Source: a virus (Duplodnaviria > Caudoviricetes). From it: 54,473 nucleotides of DNA. Shown piece after piece: positions 46,810 to 54,473 of the stretch. Location: the IMG/VR virus record IMGVR_UViG_3300030060_004062, positions 1-54,473 of that record. One strand, given 5' to 3'. The translations under genes were made by a program, and so were the position numbers. The notes beneath the pieces were generated by a model. It did no database searches, had not been told where the DNA came from, and saw nothing but the letters and a program-made list of their open reading frames with translations. Position 1 is the stretch's first letter. Each line of letters begins with the position of its first letter.

Positions 46810-47478
46810 CACCCCAACACCAAGCAGAATCTAGAATACTTGATGTCACCATGTTGATTCATGTGTTGCCCACTTATCAGGGGTGTATTTGAAGTGAGGC
46901 GTTCGGCCTTCCAAGGAGCGTCCTCTGTATTTTTACATACTCGACCACTATCCGAACCTGCTTTTTCGAGTGTTTCCACAGCCTCACAAAAGACAAGACC
47001 CCAAGGGCATGGCGTAGAGCAATCCGGTGCAACTCATACGGCAGGCTAATCCTTCGCCTGATCTTGTCATTTCTAAGGGCGGGTGATGTGGCGTGACCTT
47101 TGCCTATCTGGCTGGTTATTTCCTCACGCTGGACCGGGAATAAACATCTACCCTGCTTGCCAGCACATCAACCCACTACTTAACCCCCATGCACCACAAT
47201 CGGGAGGCATCGGCTGGAACTGTGGAGCTTAATTCTGGCTATGGGATTAACCAGTCAACACCAGCCTGAAACTTAATTCCGCTACGTTACATCACGGCTA
47301 CCACGCATTTCCTTTTATATAGCGGGAACTATGTGCTCCGTGGCCTCCCCCGCTAGATGTTGGATGGTCGCTAACTCCACCTACCTTCGCATTGCCTGAC
47401 TTTCGCCGCATCGGTTTCCCTCTTAAGGGTCTGGAAGGCCATTCACCGTCTACATGAGCTTACATGCTTCAACATCTA
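46810..47478 (-). ncRNA. Tandem array of about 8 structured RNA modules
   Basis: No credible ORF; successive units each closed by a 6-12 bp terminal helix and separated by short, mostly A/U-rich linkers; promoter directly upstream. Confidence 0.7.
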
Positions 47479-47483
47479 AACCA

Positions 47484-47513
47484 ACTTTTACGCCATCAAA
47501 CGTTATGCGTCAA
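47484..47513 (-). promoter_or_regulatory. Promoter for the ncRNA-lipoprotein-tRNA transcript
   Basis: TTGACG-17-TAAAAG with the phage-typical GGCG before the -10; predicted start ~47478. Confidence 0.7.
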
Positions 47514-47590
47514 GAAGTTTTTTGCGTTACTTATAGGTAAAGTTTTGTAGGTAATTCGTGTTTTCTATCAATAATTTACTTGCAGGTAAA

Positions 47591-48697
47591 CTATGGCAGA
47601 GGTTCATCGTCTAGGTCGATTGACGAATCAAGTTCTGACATATCATCGCCGTTCAGGTCCCAATTGGCCACTACATTACGGAAAGCCACATCAGGCTGCA
47701 GTTGCCACCCGTTGCCCTCAAAGGTAATAACTGAAGGTAGCGCAAAGTCGTATACAATCGTGCTGTAGGCATTGTTTCGAATTCCGTTGCCGAACCCATT
47801 AGATACAGGAACGAACTTCTGTTGTGTGTCCGGGTCGGTGAACTCGAAACCAAACAGCGTACTATACAGGGAACGGTAAATTTCAGTGTAGCCTAGTGTC
47901 TTAGCGTCAAAACCTGATGCATCATTCGCGGTCGGAAAAAAAACAACAATCGAAAAGTTCTGGATTAAAATCTGTTTGCCCAAATTCCCCGGATAAAAAG
48001 AGGCCACCGAATCGTTCATAGTGTGGCGGTCTTTTGAAACATCCACGTCAGTAGGGATAACGAACGCCCAAAGAGTGTTTGCGTCCGCTTGTTCCGTATA
48101 CATAGACTGAGCGTGGTCAATTGTTGCAACCCCGGTAACCCTGACAGACCGAACAAGCTCAATGCTGGCAATATCACCAGTCGGGAAAGAAGGATAACCG
48201 CTTACATCAATCGTGAACGTGTTTGCATCTGGAACTGTTGCAACTGTGTGAATGCCAACAAGGCCAGATCGGCCCTCAAGCAAAACACCTGAACCAGTTG
48301 GAAGTGTGTCAATCCCCGATGGAAACTCAATCTCAAACGTGCGACGATTCGGAACCGCAACTATAGTGTGTATTGTGTTCCATACCGATTCGTTGAAACC
48401 ATCAATATCTAGCGTCGTGGAATCAAGTGCTTGCTGTGGAGCTGTAAGATCATGATCGAAGTTTGTTGTAAATCTTACCGTTCCATCTCCATTATCAACC
48501 GCGCTTGCAATGCTATTCTCAAACTTGCCGGATGAAATGACAACCTTTTTACCAACAGTCAATCCGTGGGCGGTAGACGAAACTGTCACAGTTGATCCGT
48601 CTGACGTTGCCGTTCCAGTGAGTGTCACGCTAAACTTGTCAGTGAAAGCAGGCAAATAGCTGCGCATGTGATTCACTATATCATTTGGACTGATCAT
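47591..48697 (-). CDS. Tail terminator-like neck protein with inserted beta domains
   Basis: Follows the HK97 gp10-like gene; inserted TVSSTAHGL..G..V.I type domains. Confidence 0.6.
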   Translation of the reverse strand: MISPNDIVNHMRSYLPAFTDKFSVTLTGTATSDGSTVTVSSTAHGLTVGKKVVISSGKFENSIASAVDNGDGTVRFTTNFDHDLTAPQQALDSTTLDIDGFNESVWNTIHTIVAVPNRRTFEIEFPSGIDTLPTGSGVLLEGRSGLVGIHTVATVPDANTFTIDVSGYPSFPTGDIASIELVRSVRVTGVATIDHAQSMYTEQADANTLWAFVIPTDVDVSKDRHTMNDSVASFYPGNLGKQILIQNFSIVVFFPTANDASGFDAKTLGYTEIYRSLYSTLFGFEFTDPDTQQKFVPVSNGFGNGIRNNAYSTIVYDFALPSVITFEGNGWQLQPDVAFRNVVANWDLNGDDMSELDSSIDLDDEPLP

Positions 48698-49125
48698 ACT
48701 TTTGCCCGCTCTTTAAATCTTTGGTAAAATAGGTCTATTGTGTCGCCAACAGTATTGTTGATCGCCAGAATCAGTGTGGGACGTGCGCGCATTCTACTGG
48801 TGCCAGTCTCAACAAATTCTCCGTACTCCGCACTGAAACCAACTCTCATTGTATGCCAGCTTGCAACCTTACCATTGTAAGACCTCAGCAAACGTCCAGT
48901 CTCAGAAGCAAATGGTTCACCCGCTGCCGATGCCTGATGCTCACGACCACGACGCAAATAAACCCGTCCTGTCTTACGCTGCTTAGTTGTTAAGTTCTCC
49001 GTCTCACGCCCAACAATATCAACCGTGTCAATCAAGGCTTCACGCATACCTTGTTTATGATATTCCACATGTTTAGGAATCTCAATTAGAACCGATTTTG
49101 TCTTTTTGGTTGTCGTGATTTTCAT
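48694..49125 (-). CDS. HK97 gp10-like tail completion protein
   Basis: HQASAAGEP.ASETG.L..S...Y..FVE.GTSRMRARP.L. Confidence 0.85.
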   Translation of the reverse strand: MKITTTKKTKSVLIEIPKHVEYHKQGMREALIDTVDIVGRETENLTTKQRKTGRVYLRRGREHQASAAGEPFASETGRLLRSYNGKVASWHTMRVGFSAEYGEFVETGTSRMRARPTLILAINNTVGDTIDLFYQRFKERAKV

Positions 49126-49234
49126 AGGTCAAATATACGACATCAAAAAAAGTTTGTCATTTGGTGTTTTTGTTGTTGGCGCGTTACGACGGCTGTCGTA
49201 TAAAAATGACATCAACCAACCGAGGAGATGAACA

Positions 49235-49543
49235 ATGTCTAAAATTGCAGTCCGCATGAATAAAGGCTTCCATGTTGAGTTCGACAATGGACTTACCTTT
49301 AGCGTTCAGTTTGGAAGTGGTAACTATTGCGATAACCGCAATGAGGAATTCACCACAGATGGATACAAAATGTCGTCCAATGCTGAAATTGCAGTCTGGG
49401 ACAAAGAAGGAAACTTCTGCAAATTGTCTGAATACGATGACGTTGCTGGATATATTCCTGTTGACGATGTTTTTGACCACATTCAAAATGTGAGGAAAAT
49501 GCCATCAGGAACCAACGGCAATAACTGGAACTACAAAGCTTGA
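49235..49543 (+). CDS. Hypothetical protein, moron-like insertion in the neck module
   Basis: Opposite strand; own promoter (TTGGCG-17-TATAAA), GAGGAG RBS and terminator at ~49550-49575. Confidence 0.75.
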   Translation: MSKIAVRMNKGFHVEFDNGLTFSVQFGSGNYCDNRNEEFTTDGYKMSSNAEIAVWDKEGNFCKLSEYDDVAGYIPVDDVFDHIQNVRKMPSGTNGNNWNYKA

Positions 49544-49574
49544 TACTTTCCCCGGCTTCGGTCGGGGTTTTCTT

Positions 49575-49973
49575 TTAAGAACTAGACCCATCTACATCAT
49601 CATCACCACGATCAGAGCATTGCACGATCAGATAACGGTTATCTTCACCGTCATTTGTGACACGCAGCGCTCTGAATCGTTTTCCGTTGTAGTCTATGAA
49701 GTGGTTTCCGTCTTCTGGAAGAACGATAGAAGAATTGAATCTTACATAGAACAGGTGGGTTGCACGGTCATCAATCGCGATACCCGCAAACCGCTTAGTT
49801 CCTTCTACCGTTTCGATAGCTGACCATAGGCGGTAAAGTTCAACAAACGTCTCTACGCCAGACGGGTTGTCAAAATCTGGAACTAAATCACGTCGTTGCA
49901 CTGAAATAGGGTGACGTAAATCACCGGTGCAAATTTCCAGTTTTGGGAATCTCTTCTTTCGGCACGTTGCCAT
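49575..49973 (-). CDS. Head closure / head-tail adaptor (SPP1 gp16-like)
   Basis: GDLRHPI.VQ...W.AIE...THLF.VRF...I.Y.GKRF. Confidence 0.8.
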   Translation of the reverse strand: MATCRKKRFPKLEICTGDLRHPISVQRRDLVPDFDNPSGVETFVELYRLWSAIETVEGTKRFAGIAIDDRATHLFYVRFNSSIVLPEDGNHFIDYNGKRFRALRVTNDGEDNRYLIVQCSDRGDDDVDGSSS

Positions 49974-50599
49974 TATGCGAACACTTCCAAGATTCGATAT
50001 GGTGCAAGCAGAGACCTAGCCGCTCCACCGACTGAACCCTTTGACTCAGCACACTCGCAATCGCCACGATCCTCAAATAGTGCGTTCGACATCATCATTA
50101 TGGCTATTTTAATCGGTTGCGGAACAGCAGAAGCATCACCATAACCAGCAACAAACGTTACGCGAATAGGACGTGGCAACTCCGTTCCATGTAGCCACCA
50201 GCTTGAATCTGGAAACGAATTAGGAAACAGCAAGCGGGGATATGTGATATAATCCTTTAGCTTGTAATCCGTGAAAGCGTCATAAGACTCAGTTGATTCA
50301 TTCCACGTTTCAACCGAAGTGATGGACTGTAATGGAGATTTGTTAATCTGGATGAATGGACCTTGCTCAAGTCGAGTGCAAAGTAATGTCTGAAAGTCAC
50401 CACGCGCTGTACGCTCAACAAACCAACGTCCGGTGTATGCCTCGGCCAAGTCTGTTGCTGTCTGCAAATACGCTGCAATAAGCGCATCTTCATCGTCAAA
50501 GGAAATCTTGGCAAATTCCTTGAACTCAGAAACAGTAACCGGCAACTCAGCAGGAGCTACCGTTACAGTGTAATAGTCATTTTTGAAGACAGCGGACAT
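49973..50599 (-). CDS. Head-tail connector (gp6 / phiE125 gp8-like)
   Basis: PVTVSEFK.F.KI...EDALI..YL..A...AEAYTGR...F.AGYG..SAVP..IK.AI...LLAPYR. Confidence 0.88.
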   Translation of the reverse strand: MSAVFKNDYYTVTVAPAELPVTVSEFKEFAKISFDDEDALIAAYLQTATDLAEAYTGRWFVERTARGDFQTLLCTRLEQGPFIQINKSPLQSITSVETWNESTESYDAFTDYKLKDYITYPRLLFPNSFPDSSWWLHGTELPRPIRVTFVAGYGDASAVPQPIKIAIMMMSNALFEDRGDCECAESKGSVGGAARSLLAPYRILEVFA

Positions 50600-50638
50600 T
50601 GAAACCCTATCTATATATCACGCAACCCACCTTTAAGG

Positions 50639-51010
50639 TTACGCATTTTTAAAGTCGGCCTTGAAAGCTGCTTTCATTTTACCAAGAGACTTGCGACGAT
50701 CAAGCTTAACGCCAAATTCAGCCGCATATTCGTCTAGCGTCTCTTTATCATCCATTGAGTACACAAATTCCCAATCAGGTCCATTTTCCGGCTCTTTATC
50801 TTGTTCTTGTTTTTCGACAACTTCAGCTTTTGTGTCTTCAATTTCGACATCAATAGATGGTTTTTCGACATCCGCAAATTCAGCCCATGCAGTCGCGCAG
50901 ATTTGATCAGCCCATTTCTGAGTTAGATCATCTTCGCCCTCTTTAACCATTCTAACATGAACGCCCTCGAACGCAAATAGACCTGACTTGAGGATATTGA
51001 CTTTAACCAT
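50639..51010 (-). CDS. Hypothetical head-associated protein
   Basis: C-terminal DKETLDEYAAEFGVKLDRRKS (HeH-like). Confidence 0.65.
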   Translation of the reverse strand: MVKVNILKSGLFAFEGVHVRMVKEGEDDLTQKWADQICATAWAEFADVEKPSIDVEIEDTKAEVVEKQEQDKEPENGPDWEFVYSMDDKETLDEYAAEFGVKLDRRKSLGKMKAAFKADFKNA

Positions 51011-51030
51011 AATTTACTCCGAAAGAAGGT

Positions 51031-51051
51031 AGGGAGGCCCGAAAGCCTCCC
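51031..51051 (-). terminator. Terminator after the capsid and decoration genes
   Basis: GGGAGGCT-TTCG-GGCCTCCC hairpin. Confidence 0.7.
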
Positions 51052-51059
51052 GTGCTAGA

Positions 51060-51482
51060 TTATTCAGGCAGAACTTCGCCGTTCAACATGCACGAAACAT
51101 TGATGGTTGCACCAGTCGTGGTGCCAGTCGAAACAATGTTAGGACGCACATAACGCTTGGTGCTGTGAACACCGGCTTTAAAGTAGGAGTCACCATCTGC
51201 GGTAGCAGCGGTTACACCAGTGTCAACAGCATCAGAACCGCTAACAACGACGATCTTTTCAGAGCCAACCGTAGTACCGTCGGAAAGACCGGAGTCATCA
51301 CCTTCAGTAAAGGTCAGCTTGTAAGTGCCATCGGTATATGCGCTTGCGGCAATGAAGAAAGTCACGCCAAGGTCAGCATCTTTAGTGTCAAAGATGAAAC
51401 CGTTAGTGGTGGTATCAGTGGCAATGTCGCCCTCAAAAGCGAGGAGAAGATTGCCGTGAGTAACCATTTCGCGTACAGCCAT
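51060..51482 (-). CDS. Capsid decoration / cement protein
   Basis: 140-aa beta-rich protein directly after the MCP; EGDDSGLSD and KRYVR. Confidence 0.65.
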   Translation of the reverse strand: MAVREMVTHGNLLLAFEGDIATDTTTNGFIFDTKDADLGVTFFIAASAYTDGTYKLTFTEGDDSGLSDGTTVGSEKIVVVSGSDAVDTGVTAATADGDSYFKAGVHSTKRYVRPNIVSTGTTTGATINVSCMLNGEVLPE

Positions 51483-51493
51483 TTTAAAACTCC

Positions 51494-52786
51494 TTAAGCC
51501 GCAATTTTCAGAATTTTACCGGCTTCGTAGTTCGTAACCGCACCGCCGACACGTTTAGTGGTGTAATAACGAACATACGGTTTAGCGGTATAAGGATCAC
51601 GCAGAACGCGAATGCCGAGACGGTCTACAACGGTATAGAACTCTTCGAAGTCCGCAACAACCATTGCAAGCGCATTGGATGCTTTTACAGGCATGTCTTC
51701 CATGAACACAACATCCTTGCCAAGCAGCATTTTAGTGCCGCCTTCCATAAGGATACGCGGGTCAAGAAGGTATGCGCCATCGGAACTTTTAAGCTGCATA
51801 ACATCGGTAAACGTTGCACGTTTCATGCCGAATGTTGCGTTCGCCTGATAATCTTCGATCAGCGAGTTGCCAAGCTCAATGATGTCATCAGCATCGAAGT
51901 CGCCAGAGGTACCAGAGGTAATCTGCTCAACTGCATTACGCTCGTAAACACCAGCAGACGACCAAGCCGCATACGACAGGAAGCCTTTAGGTTTCTGAGA
52001 ACCATCACCAGCAACAAAAGAGGTGTTCTCTTTGCGACCAATCTGCGACGAAACCTTACGGGACAGCCAGCCTTCGATATCAAAACCAGCGTCATCAAGC
52101 ATTTTCTGCGTAGCGCGAGGCTGTGCATATACTTCATGTACCGGAATCTTGATAAGGCCAACCTGCGGGGTGTTGGTGTCCGGGCGAGACTGTACTTCAC
52201 CAACCCAACCCGAATCAGACTCATCGTCATCAAGGATAAGTTCGTAAACATCCGAAGTCGTGGTCACAACGTTTGCAACCTGACGAAGCGGAGAGGTTTC
52301 GAAAATACGCTCGCTGATCTGGTTAGAACGGTCAGTGGTAACGAAATAACCACCATCCGGGCCAGATGCAGCAACCATGTCCTTAACCTGACGATCAACT
52401 TCACGATCATCGGCGCCAAACAGGTTTTTCTCAGCGTATGCCTTGTAAGCGCGTTCTACGTGTTCCTCATCAACAAGAACACCTTTGCGCAGGTAACGTG
52501 CAACAGCGTGTTTAAACTCTGGATCACCGGCATCCTCGCCAGCGTCACCGCGAGCAATTTTACCTTCGAGGAATGCAACCTTCTGCTCAAGTTCTTTAGC
52601 AGCAGCTTTTTCTTCTGCACGTTCTTTGTTTACGGCGTCGATACCATCAGCGGCATCTTTAGCCATTTTTTCGAGCTTTTCATTGTCAAGCCCGTCTACT
52701 TTGCCCTTAACTTCATCAAGAGCAGACTGAAACGCAGTTACGGAATCGTAAATACCCTTCAGTTCAGTTTTGATTTCTTCGCTCAT
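51494..52786 (-). CDS. Major capsid protein, HK97 family
   Basis: Coiled-coil delta domain, DGGY.V, WVGE, ATQKMLDD, F..GDG..KPKG and RDPYT.KPYV.YY.TKRVGG. Confidence 0.96.
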   Translation of the reverse strand: MSEEIKTELKGIYDSVTAFQSALDEVKGKVDGLDNEKLEKMAKDAADGIDAVNKERAEEKAAAKELEQKVAFLEGKIARGDAGEDAGDPEFKHAVARYLRKGVLVDEEHVERAYKAYAEKNLFGADDREVDRQVKDMVAASGPDGGYFVTTDRSNQISERIFETSPLRQVANVVTTTSDVYELILDDDESDSGWVGEVQSRPDTNTPQVGLIKIPVHEVYAQPRATQKMLDDAGFDIEGWLSRKVSSQIGRKENTSFVAGDGSQKPKGFLSYAAWSSAGVYERNAVEQITSGTSGDFDADDIIELGNSLIEDYQANATFGMKRATFTDVMQLKSSDGAYLLDPRILMEGGTKMLLGKDVVFMEDMPVKASNALAMVVADFEEFYTVVDRLGIRVLRDPYTAKPYVRYYTTKRVGGAVTNYEAGKILKIAA

Positions 52787-54201
52787 TATTCACCTTTGAT
52801 AGCGATTTGAATACGTTTGAGTTCAGTAAGAATATCGGCATCGTCCGCTTCCCGCTTCTTACTCTCATCCGCATCCCGCATCAAAGACTTGTGAGCCGAA
52901 ACAAGCATTCTTGCTTTTTCACCTTGGCAATATACACCAGATTTAAACAGTTTTTCAAGTTCTCGTTCAGTAAATGCTTCAAAATCATCAATTCGGAAGC
53001 ACATTTTCTCTTGGAATGGACTTTCCATACCCATCTTTTCGTAATAACGATTAACGTTATTTACTACAGTCTGGCGATCTGCATCTGGGATATCAACTCC
53101 ACCTCTTGCACCTGACAGCGCAGCTGCAGCGGCAAAGATTGCACGAGGAACAGCAACCAAACGGCCATCAATCACATCCGCAATCGGAAGCTTGTATGCG
53201 CCAAAGTCTGATGCATTTTCACGGTCAAACCAGAGGAACGCCTTGCGGTAATCTTCACTAGGCTCATCCTCTGAATCAAGCAACTCACGGAATCGACCCA
53301 TAGCCATAGTAGAGTCCCAAGCGCGATCACGATCAGCAAGAGGCAAATCTTGATAGGGAACAGCTGATTTAAAACCGGTAACGTCTGCACTGTTGTTCAT
53401 TGGGATTGTAACTAGAGAGACCTCCCAGAGCTTAAGTCGCTTCAGTTTGCGAATATTGCCATCCCATTCATAGTCGTCAATCGAATAGCCAATAGACATT
53501 TTGCGAATAGAGCCAACACGCATCTGGGGCATAACACGACCCTTTACAAAGTCGTCATCCTTTGGCATTCGACCCTTGACCCACAGTCCTTTGCTGTCTG
53601 ATCGAATTTCATCATACACACCAATAGGCATGTCGTGGCTGTGCTGCCAAAGAACGGGGAGCTTCTCCGAACCAGAATAATCTTTCATGGTTTCGTCAAA
53701 AGCACCGGACATCACGATATCATCGCCACGGTCCAGATTGCCGTAGGTACTTGCGTACCCCTCGAAAGTATAAAATCCGTCGTCGGCTTCCTTAACGTCT
53801 TTGACCTCAAAACCAACAACCATACGCTTCATGGTCATGTCATTAAAACCTTTTTCAGAATCAATTTTATCAAGTTGCTTGTCTTTTGAATCGGCCCAAG
53901 ACTTTCCAGCATCACCACCCCACAATTCCCAAGCAATTCTACCAGCAGACGGGAACCCTTCTTCACCAGAGTTGAACCCTTCTGCTTCCTTGTCCACCTC
54001 GTGACGGGCAAAATAAGAAACCATGCGGCGCACCGTGTCAGCAGATAGCTCCTCACGGTTTTTTAGCTGAGTAGCACGCGCAACGCCTACATCTGTGCCG
54101 CCACGCCCAAACTCTTTTCGCCACTCTAAACCTTTGGTGGCATTGCTCGCCATTTGTTCTGTTGGCTTCAGGTCAATTTCTTCGCCGCGATATTTAGCCA
54201 T
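52786..54201 (-). CDS. Prohead protease (HK97 family) with extra N- and C-terminal domains
   Basis: Core FEGYAS.YGNLDRG.D...LWQH...GL.V.G...SIGY...LWEVSLVT.PMN. Confidence 0.9.
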   Translation of the reverse strand: MAKYRGEEIDLKPTEQMASNATKGLEWRKEFGRGGTDVGVARATQLKNREELSADTVRRMVSYFARHEVDKEAEGFNSGEEGFPSAGRIAWELWGGDAGKSWADSKDKQLDKIDSEKGFNDMTMKRMVVGFEVKDVKEADDGFYTFEGYASTYGNLDRGDDIVMSGAFDETMKDYSGSEKLPVLWQHSHDMPIGVYDEIRSDSKGLWVKGRMPKDDDFVKGRVMPQMRVGSIRKMSIGYSIDDYEWDGNIRKLKRLKLWEVSLVTIPMNNSADVTGFKSAVPYQDLPLADRDRAWDSTMAMGRFRELLDSEDEPSEDYRKAFLWFDRENASDFGAYKLPIADVIDGRLVAVPRAIFAAAAALSGARGGVDIPDADRQTVVNNVNRYYEKMGMESPFQEKMCFRIDDFEAFTERELEKLFKSGVYCQGEKARMLVSAHKSLMRDADESKKREADDADILTELKRIQIAIKGE

Positions 54202-54374
54202 TGTTTACATTGTACTCGCTACTACAGCGACAATTAATCCAAAGTTGAATAGGTGCCGATGATGGGTCTCCGGGATATTTTAACTGATACCCTTCAAGAA
54301 TAAAAGGTTGGTTTACTTTAACCGTCGATCCGTTTTCTTGCCTGTGTGATTGCCGAACTCTTGAATCACCAACA
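54194..54374 (-). CDS. Minor head protein, C-terminal part (continuation of 692-1)
   Basis: DSRVRQSH...PF.L.G..L.YPGDP...INCRC. Confidence 0.85.
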
Positions 54375-54472
54375 GTCCTCCAAGTTTTCGTAACATCCCT
54401 CTGTTGAATTTCCTCAATTGGCCTTCCCGGCTCAAAAACTTGGTTGCGCAACGGGAAAGGACGGACACCAGC
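54375..54472. repeat. Terminal direct repeat, right copy
   Basis: Identical to 1-98. Confidence 0.95.
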
Positions 54473-54473
54473 A

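Noticed and set aside
46810-46885. Hammerhead ribozyme (CTGATAAG...GAA)
   Set aside because: The core deviates from CUGANGA, lacks GAAA, and has no consistent stems I and III.
47390-47450. Cobalamin riboswitch-like words (TAAGAGGGAA, AGTCAGG)
   Set aside because: The rest of the B12 core (CCCGCAACTGT, GCCACTG, GGGAAG) is absent and the spacing is too short.
54375-54473. Terminal repeat as a biological DTR
   Set aside because: It falls inside a gene and has k-mer-like length; better explained as an assembly overlap of a circularly permuted genome.

Overview
An apparently complete, circularly permuted tailed-phage genome. A 98-bp terminal overlap gives a unit length of about 54,374 bp, and the minor head gene is split across the junction. 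It is a myovirus with an HK97-type portal, protease, capsid and neck joined to a Mu-like contractile tail and baseplate. It also has a P22-like small and PBSX-like large terminase, lysis genes, an ERF/YqaJ/RusA/SSB/helicase/primase recombination-replication module, two DNA methyltransferases and four tRNAs. I see no integrase, repressor or DNA polymerase. The initiator-like tRNA and the CCUCCUCCC-type sRNA motif suggest an alphaproteobacterial host (inference). The most unusual content is non-coding: (1) a promoter-driven tandem array of about 8 self-closing structured RNA modules (46810-47478) upstream of the tRNA cluster; (2) a stand-alone cuckoo-like anti-Shine-Dalgarno sRNA after the holin; (3) several further structured RNA candidates. 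Also notable are a C5 methyltransferase apparently split over two fully overlapping frames (M.EcoHK31I-like) and three accessory genes interrupted by single in-frame TAA codons. All protein calls come from motif recognition by eye, not database searches.
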